Assembly (NCBI GenBank): GCA_002269645.1
Contig: NIVC01001867.1
Location: 62,001-126,000, forward strand
Reading direction: 5' to 3'
From: Macrostomum lignano
Taxonomy: Eukaryota
Length of the DNA stretch: 64,000 nt
The position numbers and the translations under genes were made by a program. The first letter of the stretch is position 1. The number at the start of each line of letters is the position of its first letter. Under the pieces are notes generated by a model, which was not told where the DNA came from, ran no database searches, and was given only the letters and a program-made list of their open reading frames with translations. This document shows, piece by piece, positions 11,912-23,800 of the stretch.

Positions 11912-12050
11912 CTGACCCTAACCCTAACCCTGTAACCCTAACTCTCCAACCATAGCCCTAACCCTAACCCTGTAACCCTGACTTTAACCATAGCCCTAAC
12001 CCTAACCCTGTAACCCTGAGTCTTTAACCATAGCCCTAACTCTAACCCTA
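11912..12050. repeat. Interstitial telomere-like (CCCTAA) degenerate repeat
   Basis: ACCCTAACCCTAACCCTGTAACCCT units recurring in a ~40-bp higher-order unit. Confidence 0.75.
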
Positions 12051-12541
12051 GATCGCTAACCACAGAGCCCCCAAGGCGCACAGAAGTGCACCTCCCTGAC
12101 GCTGAGAAAGTCAGGGCTGCTGTGCACCCTTGTGTGAGCGTGTACGTGTTCAGGGGTCGAATTAAGTCAGTCAGTCCTAGATTGTCGTTGTTTTCAAAGG
12201 TATTAAAAATTGTCAAGAGATCACAGGAGGCGGGTGACATGCACTTTGCGCAGACGCTCTCATTTATCAGAAGCAAGTGGATCGGTTTGATAAATTCTTC
12301 GCTAAAAAGGGGGGGGACAAAACATCGAGTCGATACATTCGGAAAAACTTTAATTCTCTAGCAATCAGTTTATTAGTAAATATTCGACTGCAGGCAGGTA
12401 GAAATGCAGGTTTCGCGGGCGGCTGCGCGGCCCTTATCGCTCTTTCATAGAAAGCCCGAGAGATAGGCGGGCCCGCCGAGTGTGAAGATAAAAAACACGC
12501 AAGGGCGTTTTTTTGGCGCAACGGCGCAGGTGAGAAGCGCG

Positions 12542-12555
12542 GTTTCCATGGCAAC
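12542..12555. promoter_or_regulatory. RFX X-box (GTTTCCATGGCAAC)
   Basis: Exact match to the X-box consensus GTTNCCATGGNAAC, ~2.3 kb upstream of the mucin ATG. Confidence 0.55.
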
Positions 12556-12929
12556 TGGGCCTCAATTTATCGCTGACGTCTTTGAGCCCCGCGCAGTCAT
12601 TCATAAAAGAGCGCCTCCCCAGAGACAGACAAGAGGCGATTTGATTATCGGGGCACCCTTGCTTGTAGAAGAGCGAAATTTCTGCAACAGAAGACAGCAC
12701 CGCCGGAATCTGCCAAACTTTTATTCTGATTCAGTCGCTGGTGAGCATTTGTTACCGCTGTTGGATGCTTTTAGCTCTGAGAATTGATCGAATGAAAATC
12801 AGTTTAAGTTTTTTTCGTTTCTTTACGACTTTATACTGATTCTGAAAGGCGCAGGATTGGGATTGGGAAAAAAGAAGCACCGGTTGTACGGTTGAAATCT
12901 AATAGGGAAATTAGAGCTGTTGGAAAAAA

Positions 12930-14670
12930 AGACACCTGTCAGACATGGGGAGAGACACCTGTCAGACATGGGAAGAGACACCTGTCAGACATGGGAAGAG
13001 ACACCTGTCAGACATGGGAGGAGACACCTGTCAGACATGGGAAGAGACACCTGTCAGACATGGGAGGAGACACCTGTCAGGCATGGGGAGAGACACCTGT
13101 CAGACATGGGGAGAGACACCTGTCAGACATAGGAAGAGACACCTGTCGGACATGGGGAGAGACACCTGTCAAACATGGGAAGAGACACCTGTCAGACATG
13201 GGAAGAGACACCTGTCAGATATGGGAGGAGACACCTGTCAGGCATGGGAAGAGACACCTGTCAGACATGGGAAGAGACACCTGTCAGACATGGGGAGAGA
13301 TACCTGTCAGGCATGGGGAGAGATACCTGTCAGGCATGGGGAGAGACACCTGTCAGACATGGGGGAGAGTTACCTGTCAGGCATGGGGAGAGATACCTGT
13401 CAGACATGGGGAGAGATACCTGTCAGGCATTGGGAGAGATACGTGTCAGACATGGGGAGAGATACCTGTCAGACATGGGGAGATATACCTGCGAGACATG
13501 GGGAGAGACACCTGTCAGGCATGGGAAGAGACACCTGTCAGGCATGGGGAGAGACACCTGTCAGACATGGGGAGAGACACCTGTCAGACATATGAGAAGA
13601 CACCTGTCAGATATGGGAAGAGACACCTGTCAGATATGGGAGGAGACACCTGTCAGATATGGGAAGAGACACCTGTCAGATATGGGAAGAGACACCTGTC
13701 AGATATGGGAAGAGACACCTATCAAACATGGGAAGAGACACCTGTCAGACATGGGGAGAGATACCTGTCAGACATGGGGAGAGATACCTGTCAGGCATGG
13801 GGGAGAGATACCTGTCAGACATGGGGAGAGATACCTGTCAGGCATGGGAAGAGATACCTGTCAGGCATGGGGGAGAGATACCTGTCAGGCATGGGGAGAT
13901 ATACCTGCCAGACATGGGAAGATATACCTGCCAGACATGGGAAGATATACCTGCCAGACATGGGAAGATATACCTGTCAGGCATGGGGGAGAGATACCTG
14001 TCAGACATGGGGAGAGATACCTGTCAGACATGGGGGGGAGATACCTGTCAGACATGGGGAGAGACACCTGTCAGGCATGGGGGAGAGATACCTGTCAGAC
14101 ATGGGGAGAGATACCTGTCAGGCATGGGGAGAGATACCTGTCAGACATGGGGAGAGATACCTGTCAGACATGGAGGGAGATACCTGTCAGGCATGGGGGG
14201 AGATACCTGCCAGACATGGGGAGAGATACCTGTCAGACATGGGGAGAGATACCTGTCAGACATGGGGGAGAGATACCTGTCAGGCATGGGGAGAGATACC
14301 TGTCAGACATGGGGAGAGATACCTGTCAGACATGGGGGGAGATACCTGTCAGACATGGGGGGAGATACCTGCCAGACATGGGGAGAGATACCTGTCAGAC
14401 ATGGGGAGATATACCTGTCAGACATGGGGGAGAGATACCTGTCAGGCATGGGGAGAGATACCTGTCAGACATGGGGAGAGATACCTGTCAGACATGGGGG
14501 AGATACCTGTCAGACATGGGGAGAGACACCTGTCAGACATGGGGAGAGATACCTGTCAGACATGGAGGGAGATACCTGTCAAGCATGGGGGAGATACCTG
14601 CCAGACATGGGGAGAGATACCTGTCAGGCACGGGGAGAGATACCTGTCAGACGTGTTACACACCTGTTAG
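12930..14670. repeat. ~22-bp minisatellite (GAGA[C/T]ACCTGTCAGACATGGG[G/A]A)
   Basis: About 1.7-kb tandem array immediately upstream of the mucin first coding exon; source of the MGRDTCQTW artefact ORFs. Confidence 0.95.
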
Positions 14671-14859
14671 AAAACGTCAGCCCTTCAAAGCCACGCCATA
14701 GAAGGTGGGAATTTTCAGCGGAGGAGACTCAGCGGAGCATCTGCTCCTGCATTCCTCTTAGGAAACAAAAATAAAAAAAGAAATCGAACTCATATTTCAG
14801 ACACAGCCTTCCGTTCTACTCGAATTTGCATCGCCCAGATTGCGCCGACTCGCTGAGCC

Positions 14860-17800
14860 ATGCGGTCTGCCCAGTCTGAGCTGGCGGCAGCGCTGCTCAT
14901 CTGCCTCGCCGCTGGGTAAGAAGCTCAACAGCGAAGCCTCAGGAACAACTGAAATCCATTTAAAATTTAATATACGCTCGTAATAATCTTAATAAATACC
15001 GATCGAATATTTCTGTTCCAGATTGGTCAGCGGCCAAGGTCACATAAGTGAGTAATCGTTTTTACAAACTGAAGAACCTTGTTTTCTTCTTAGAAAATCC
15101 GTGACTTTCTTAAAAATCACCGCTAAGATCGACTGCGAGGATCAGTACAACCTCTTCCTGTGAGTGGGTCAGGGATGGGTCAAGTGGGTCGGGGATGGGT
15201 TAAGTAGGTCAAGGATAGGTCAAGTGGGTCAGGGATGGGTCAAGTAGCTCAGGGATGGGTCAAGTAGGTCAGGGATGGGTCAAGTGGGTCAGGGATGGGT
15301 CAAGTAGCTCAGGGATGGGTCAAGTAGGTCAGGGGTGGGTCAAGTGGATCAGGGATGGGTCAAGTAGCTCAGGGATGGGTCAAGTAGGTCAGGGGTGGGT
15401 CAAGTAGGTCAAGGATGGGTCAAGTAGGTCAGGGATGGGTCAAGTAGGTCAGGGATGGGTCAAGTGGTTCAGGGATGGGTCAAGTAGGTCAGGGATGGGT
15501 CAAGTGGGTCAGGGATGGGTCAATTGAGTCAGGGTGGGTCAATCACAACCTCTTCCTGTGAGTGGGTCAAGGCTGGGTCAAATAAGTCAGGGATGGATCC
15601 TTTAGATTGGAAAAAACTCAGTTTTTGAAAACATCACACTACACGTTAATGCAACGTTTGAATTGGACCTCGGCAATCTCTCAGCGAAGGAGTTGTTGAA
15701 TATCTCGACGATCTTGAATGCACCATGAAACAGTACACGCGATCAAGGCATCAAAACAAGTCCATGAGAGTAGCTGACGTGCAGGCGGAGCCCGCACTGC
15801 AGTCGCCTTGTTTGCCAGGGAGTTTATCGCCAACTTAACAAGCGCCGCAGACCCAACAAAGGCAGCAGTGACGGCTGCATTCAGAGTAATTTGAGTAATT
15901 TAGTAATTTATGACCCACAGCTCCGATAAGCGGCTGCCACGCCTGAAAAACTTTATTGCCCTCTGTCGAAAGACGAAATAAAAAAATATCTCGCATAGAC
16001 AATTGCAAGCTGTTTGCAGCTGAGCACAGCTTGCCTATCCAAGTTTGAGTCCCTCCCGAACGTCTCTGCTGGCGCCACGGCTATCTGCATGACAGCCGGG
16101 CTCGACTGCTGACCCCAAAGGCAGGCTTGTCACCGCAGATAGCAGCAGCTCACCTATCTAATCTCCATTTCATTTTTACACTCTCTTTGAGCCACACGAC
16201 TGGACCGAGTGCTGCGGGTTTGGAGCTGTTCGACCGCATTGCATCGAAATAGAGATAGCTAGCCGGTTGCCATGGCAACTGTCTGCTCACTATCAGCCAG
16301 GCCCGGCTCTCACCTCGCACCCGCCCCGCCCTCGCCTGCTCAGGACCGCCCGTCACAGCCAAGCCTGGAGAATGCAAGCCACCCACTGTGCTCAACGCCG
16401 CTAAGATCGACTGCGAGGATCAGTACAACCTCTTCCTGTGAGTGGGTCAGGGGTGGGTCAAGTGGGTCAGGGATGGGTCAGTCGCAACCTCTTCCTGTGA
16501 GTGGGTCAGGTGGGTCAAGTGGGTCAGGGGTAGATCAAGTGAGTCAAGGTGTGTCAAGTAAGTTTGACTGAGGTGGGTCAACTGAGTCAAGAGTGGGTTA
16601 GGCGTGGGTCAAGTATGCAACACATCATCTTTCAGTGAATGGGTCAAAGCTGGGCAACCTGAAACCCAACCATCCGACCGCTGATCCAGTGAATGATAAA
16701 ACCCTCGACCCTTCTCAAAAATAACACATTCCCCCGCATCCGCAGTGACTGCACAATCGAGTGCAAGCAGGGCTACTGGTTCGAGAGCGAGAAGATCCGT
16801 GAGGAGGTCTCCTGCACGCACTACGATCTGCAGTGGGACCGCGACGTTGGCGACTGCCTGCCAAGGTGCAGCCCCGGCTGCCGCAATGGCGGCGTCTGCG
16901 AAGCCCCCAACCAGTGCCGCTGCCCGCCCGGCTACGGAGGCCCGCTGTGCGAGATGGGTGAGCCGCTTGCTTCATGCACAGCTTTCTGCGGGTTTCTACT
17001 GGCTCTGAGTAGGCCAGTGAGCCTGTGGTTGCCGGTTTTTGAGCGCTACTTTACCGACTGACCTTTATTGGGAAACTCAATCATCTCCCGGACACTCAAT
17101 CACCCGGACACTCAATCACCCGGACTCTCAATGACCCGGACACTCAATGACCCGGACACTCATGGGAACCTCAATCATCCGGACACTCAATGGGAACCTC
17201 AATCATCCGGACACAATGGCAACCTCAATCACCCTGACGCAACCAATGCACGCCTCCTACAGTCATCGTCAGCAGCACGCGGGACCCGTACCCGGACCTG
17301 AGCAGCACGCCGGCCCCGCCGCTGCGCAACTCCACCTCCGCGTGGTGCTTCGTCTGGGGCGACTCCAGCTACAGGACCTTCGACGGGTCGCAGTTCGCCT
17401 TCTGCGGGCACTGCAGCTACCAGCTGTTCGCAGACCTACACGGCGACCAGTTCCAAGCCACGCTGCACAACCCCAATGCCGGGTGCAACGCAACCGCCTG
17501 CTCCCGCCGGCTCACCATCCAGGTCGGCTCCGTCCGACTGGAGCTCAGCAACCGTCAGCGGCTGGACTACTCGCTCAACTGCGGCCGGCACGACGTCTGC
17601 GCCAACCTGCGCAGCAGCAGCATGCCGTTCGCGGCCAGCAACTTGGAGGTGACACGGACAGGGCCCTGGGTGCTGGTGCGCAGCTCGCTAGGCTTCCAGA
17701 TCCGCTGGGATGGCGGCATGTACGTTCAGGCAGAGCTGGACGGCCGCTACAAGCAGCGGACTGGCGGCCTTTGCGGTCGTTACAGCGACGATGTTAGGGA

Positions 17801-20800
17801 CGACTTCACCACGCCGGGCGGCGACCTGGCGGCCACGCCTGAGGAGTTCGGCCGCAGCTGGGCGCTGCAGGACCGGGACGACGTCTGCCACCGGGGCAGC
17901 CGCTGTCCGTGAGTTCTTCTGGGGCTTTTAAATGTCAAAATTTATTGCAGAGTGTTTGAAAATTTGTCAGTCTGAGGCAGAGACTCGCGCCTCGACTCCT
18001 GCTCCCATTCCGTGCGCGACCACATTGGTTTGCTGCTCGTGAACGACAATTGATCGGGGATTGCCGTGCGATCAATACCTATGAGGGTGAACTCCCAAGG
18101 CGCAGAGAGTGTACATGTTAGATATTAGAGGGAGTGGCTGTGTGCACCCTAGCGCACTCTAAGCGACATTGTCACACAACCGGCGAGAGGCATTACTGCC
18201 CATTCTGTCCACTCCTCTGAGGCCTGAGCAGGCACACAAGCGCGCGGATACGTACGCAGTCGTACGCACAGGCACTCACTCACACGGGAGTGTGAAGAGG
18301 CCCTAAGTGTACAGAGGCCCTAAGTGTACAGAGGCCCTAAGTGTACAGAGGCCCTAAGTGTACAGAGGCCCTAAGTGTACAGAGGCCCTAGGTGTACAGA
18401 GGCCCTAAGTGTACAGAGGCCCTAAGTGTACAGAGGCCCTAAGTGTACAGAGGCCCTAAGTGTACAGAGGCCCTAAGTGTACAGAGGCCCTAAGTGTACA
18501 GAGGCCCTAAGTGTACAGAGGCCCTAAGTGTACAGAGGCCCTAAGTGTACAGAGGCCCTAAGTGTACAGAGGCCCTAAGTGTACAGAGGCCCTAAGTGTA
18601 CAGAGGCCCTAAGTGTACAGAGGCCCTAAGTGTACAGAGGCCCTAAGTGTACAGAGGCCCTAAGTGTACAGAGGCCCTAAGTTTACAGAGGCCCTAAGTG
18701 TACAGAGGCCCTAACTGTACTTATCGTTAGGCATGTACACTTCACTGTGCCTTGGGGTTTGGCCCCTATATATAGTATTATATGGCATTGCGACTATAAA
18801 AGTGCGGATCAATAATCTATTAGTTTTATTGATCTTTTGAAGTTCTGTGCATCCAGAAGGTCAGGGCAAACGGTCTAGTGTTCCTATTACCTAAACGGTT
18901 TTTATGAGCCAACGCTTTCCTGGACCACGCCACAGGGACACTTGCCCGACGGACACTCGCGATCAGGCCAGGAGCATGTGCCAGCGCCTGCTCCTGCAGG
19001 ACAGCGCATTCAAGCACTGCCAGCGCGACGTGAGCGCCATAGACTACATCGAGGCCTGCGTCCGCGAGTTCTGCGACTGCGACCCGGCCACGGCGGCCAA
19101 CAGCCCGGAGAACTGCGTCTGCAACAGCCTGCAGGCATACGCTGAGCACTGCAAGATTGAGAAGCAGCAGCCTATCAACTGGCGAACTGACGCGCGGTGC
19201 CGTGAGTATCGCTGAATGGGGACTTTTTCACGAACTGACAGAAACGTATTCTCAGGTTTTGGTTATTGAGCTTCAAATCACAGTGTGTATGTTTTGCATG
19301 CGTGGTATTTTAATGGGCCTGAGGTGATCATTTCCGATGCAACCATCCCGCAGCCTACAATTGTACCAATGGCCGGCAATACGACATCTGCGGCGAGAGC
19401 TGCAGCCGAACCTGCAACCAGCGGGTGACCAACTGCGACATGGAGTACTGCATCGAAGGCTGTGTCTGCCCTCGCGGACAGCTGTGGGACGAGCACGGCC
19501 AGCGCTGCGTGGTGGAGCGGGACTGCCCCTGCGAGCACGGCGGGCAGTTCTATCCGCCAGGCTCCGAGCTGCGGCAGGCCTGCCAGCTCTGCCGTTGCCA
19601 AGGCGACTGGGTCTGCCAGGATGAGCAGTGCCTGGCGGTGTGCCACGCTGTCGGTGATATTCACTACCAGACTTTTGACGGGAGAGATTACTCGTCCAAT
19701 GTGAGTTGACCGCCCTTTGGTTCAGCAGGAAGTGTAGTGGTGTTGATTTTTGTACCCATGAGCACTGATTCAGTTAATATTTTATTGCATTGTGTGGCTA
19801 TAGAGCCCAACTGACATGCGTATTTGCTCAAGCCAGAATGTTTATTGCGCAACTATAACTCCAACTATAATTTAGAATTTTATGCTACAATGTAGTAACA
19901 TAATATAACAAACAAGAGTCAGTACTCGTTGCTCCACTCTGGAAATTCATTGTTGACAGAGTGGACTCCCCAATGTTGAAAGTGTAAACTCCGTTGACTC
20001 CTCCACCAAGAAGCGTCCCAGAGTCTCTTGCGTCGCCCCAGAGACGTTTTGAGAGTCGTTGCTGGTAACACAGGAAAAAAAGGAAAGTGACACTAGACGC
20101 CTCTACAATAACGGGAGGTCACGGTACAAGTTGCCAAAAATTAATCAAAGAGTCGCCTAAGAGTAAATTTGAGGCGTTTTACTGTCTGCGACTCTGAAAC
20201 GACTCTGGGGCGCTTCTGTAATTACTCTGGGGCCGTAGAGTCGGATCGCGCCTCTAAAAATTATTTTAAACTCACGCGATGCACTCGTGACTCAACAGCC
20301 GCCTCTGCGTCGAATTGCAGCTGTTTGAGTCGTTAAAAAGTCACAAGAATCGCCCCAGAGTCGCTAGTCACTAGTGAGTTGCCCTACTACACTACACTAC
20401 TACCCTACTGCACTACTGCGTACCCAGTAGAGTTCCAACCCGTACCAGCAGTCATTCCACAACTGCCTGGTGCTGTCTTCGCTAGGGTGCCTAACGATTT
20501 TACGTTCGTAGTCAATGGCAATTGAAGAAAATTCGAATAGTCCAACCAAAGTTTACGTCTAAACTCCAAACCCCGCAGGCGAAGTGCACCTTTCGCATGG
20601 TGGAAGCCGAAATCGCGAACTCCTCGCTTAGCATTGACGTCACCAACCAGCAGTGCAGCTTCAGCTCCAAGGTCGCCTGCGTTGGTTCCGTAGACATTCG
20701 GCGCGGCTCCGAAAGAATTTTTGTCAATAGAGACATCTCATCGGAGTTCAGCCTCATGATTAATTCCCACACGTTTGACAGCAGCAAGGCTTACTTTGAG

Positions 20801-23800
20801 TCCAAAGAATTTGCCGTGTTCGTCATGCAAAATGCCGTAGTGGTGAGTGAATATTGGAAAGTTTTCTTAATCCCGAAGCAAAGTTCCTCTTTATAATGTC
20901 GATACATGGCTGCAAAGCTTTTGCCCTCAAAGACCTGCAAGATTTTCCCAACTAAGACACGATTCATCATGCATGTTCGAGTACATAGTACCTCCTGTGT
21001 TCAAGACTGTCAGATCGTGAGCGCTATCTTAACCTTGGTCTGTTTTTCAAACTGAGTCTGATCTACACATATGAAGACTTTAAGAAGCTAAATTTAAGTG
21101 GAATTCTCAGATATAACTTGTTTTATCAGGCTTCTATCAAAATGTTTTATCAGTCTATATAATAGAACGCGTCAAGGCTGACTTCAATGAAGCAACTGGT
21201 CCTTACCGGTCATTCGGCCCATTCTTGTCCACAGGTGAAGCCCAGAGGCGGTCCCGTCATTGCTGTCACCCGCCGCGGTCAGCTGTACGTCCACGCTGCC
21301 ACCGACCTTAAGGGTCGCCGATTGCGCGGCCTCTGCGGTACCTACGATGGCAACAAAAACACCGACTTCCTGAAGCCCGATGGTGACATTGACGACGTGC
21401 CAACAAGCTTCATGCGCTCTTGGAAGCAGGAAAAAACCTGCAAAGACAACGCCGAGGTTGAGGTGCCAAACAGCTGCGACCTGAACCCTGCGCGCTATCA
21501 ACAGGTGCAGACGCTTTGCCGAGAAATGAGAGACAAGCTAATCGGCGGCCTATTCGGCAACTGCCTTAGCGGGGGGGAGCGCGAGCACTTCGCACAGATG
21601 TGCCAGAGCGACCTGTGCGCCTGCACCAAATCTGACGAAAGCTGTCTGTGCGGCCTGTACAACCACATCGGCCACATGTGCTCTGCCAGGAAGATTGTTG
21701 TCGACTGGAAGAAAGAGCTGCCAGAATGCGGTAGGTCACTTTCGATTTTGAAAGCCGGTTAATACCCCATTTGCAACCCGTCCAGACGGACGGGAATATT
21801 TCGTATCGTTTATCAGCTACTGGCACTGAATACCCATTAATTTTGCAGGCGCCAGCTGCCCCAGCGGCATGGTCTGGAAGCCGTGCGTAGACTACTGCAA
21901 GTACTCATGCTCGGCTCTGAGCCTTGGCAACCGTTGCGACTCTTCGGACGTCTGCGTTGCCGGTTGCGTCTGTCCTAACGGCCAGGTGCAGCACGAGGGT
22001 CGCTGCGTCAGCGTCAGCGAGTGCAAGTGCGAGTTCGACGGACGCGATTTCCCACCGGGAACGTCTGTTAGCAAGGGAAACGAGACATGGTGAGTGGATA
22101 GAAACTTAAAATGTGTTTGGTACTGTCAAGAACGACTTGTCCCAAACTGATAGCACTGAAGACAATTGGTCAAACCCAAGCAATTCTGTAGTAAAGCCCG
22201 CTTTTGCCCATCCTGCAGTGAATGCAATTACGGCGAGTGGCACTGCAAGCCCGGGCCGTGTCCCGGCTGCGATTCCATCTGCCCTCAGGGCAAAGAGTAC
22301 ACTCCGTGCCGGTCCAACTGCCCGGCAACCTGTGCCACGGGACTTGGCGGAGTCGGCTGTAACCAGACTTGCGACCGCGACGGCTGCCAATGCCCCCCAG
22401 GCATGGTTGAAGATGACAAAGGAGAGTGCAAACGGCCTGAAGACTGCACCTGCTCTCACAATGGCAAGGATTATAAAGAGGGCGATGTCATCCAGCATCC
22501 ATCATGCATTGATTGGTGAGCTTGTTAAGTATAAGCTACTGTCTCCACTCGGACTCTGAGAGTTGTATCCTTGTCAATTTTCACTCCAACGCAAACTTCC
22601 GAATTTTAGTGTCTGCAAACGGTCCAAGTGGGACTGCAACAGACGGCCCAGCTGCGCCTCCATGTGCAGCGTGTGGGGCCTCGGCCACTTTGAAACCTTC
22701 GACGGCGCCCAATACAGCGTAAAGGGCCGTTGCGAATACGTGCTGACTCAGTCAGCTGACTGGGAGGCAGGGGGCAGCATCGACCGGATGCGCTTCAGAA
22801 TTCTGGCTAGCTTCACCAGCTGCAGCACCTCGGGCGCAACGTGCATTGGCTACGTGATGGTGCAATACAAGCTGGCTAAATCATTCCTCCTCAAGTCATT
22901 CGCCATGCGCTCGCGCAACATGATCTGGGAAGACGCGCAGAGCAGTATCACTCACGACCACGGCACAGTGCTTCGTCATACGACGGACAAGCTGTTCAGC
23001 ATCGTGCACCTCGTAGACATAGGCGTGACTGTGTACTTTGACCAGCAGAGCAGGGTCTATATATCTTTGGATGATCGCCATCGCGAAAATGTTCGAGGTC
23101 TGTGCGGAACATTCGACAATGACCAGAAAACGGACTTTGTGGGCCCAGCTTCCAACATGATCATCGACCGGGTCCCAGAGTTTGTTGACAAGTGGAAGAC
23201 ACGAGCGGCCTGTCCCAACGCGGAGCTGCTGGTTGACAATTGCGATGCGGTCAAGGATAGAGAGACCTGGGCTAAAACCAGATGCAAGGAGGTTCTACTC
23301 GACCATGTTAACATCAGCAAGTGTCACGCAATGGTTGACCCAATGCCTTTTTACGAAAACTGCGTGCAGGACTCCTGCCTGTGCGATAAGGGAGGCGACT
23401 GCGAGTGCTTCTGCGCCAATGTCGCTCACTATGTGCAGAAGTGCAACCAAGTTGGGGTGCACGTGCACTGGCGAAGCCAGACTATCTGTCCGATGCAGTG
23501 CGACGAAGACTGTGACCATGTCACTCCATGTAAATCGGTTTGCCCACCCAAGACGTGTTTGAATAAGGACAGACACGACGAACTGTTGCGGGACACCGCC
23601 TGCCAGGACTTGATGTGCATCGAGGGTTGCGAGTCGGAGCCCTGCCCGCCTGGAACAGTGCTGCATGAAGGCAAATGCGTTAACGAAAGCATCTGCGAGT
23701 GCACCTGCCGTTTCAACGGCCGAGACTATGGAGAGGGCGAGCGCATCACAGATCCCGAAGTTTGCGACCCGTGCCAAAACTGCTTCTGCGGCTGCAATAA

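Noticed and set aside
12892-14774. Long ORFs (592, 508, 371 aa) of MGRDTCQTW type
   Set aside because: Translation of a 22-bp array whose period is not a multiple of 3; the same peptide appears in all frames.
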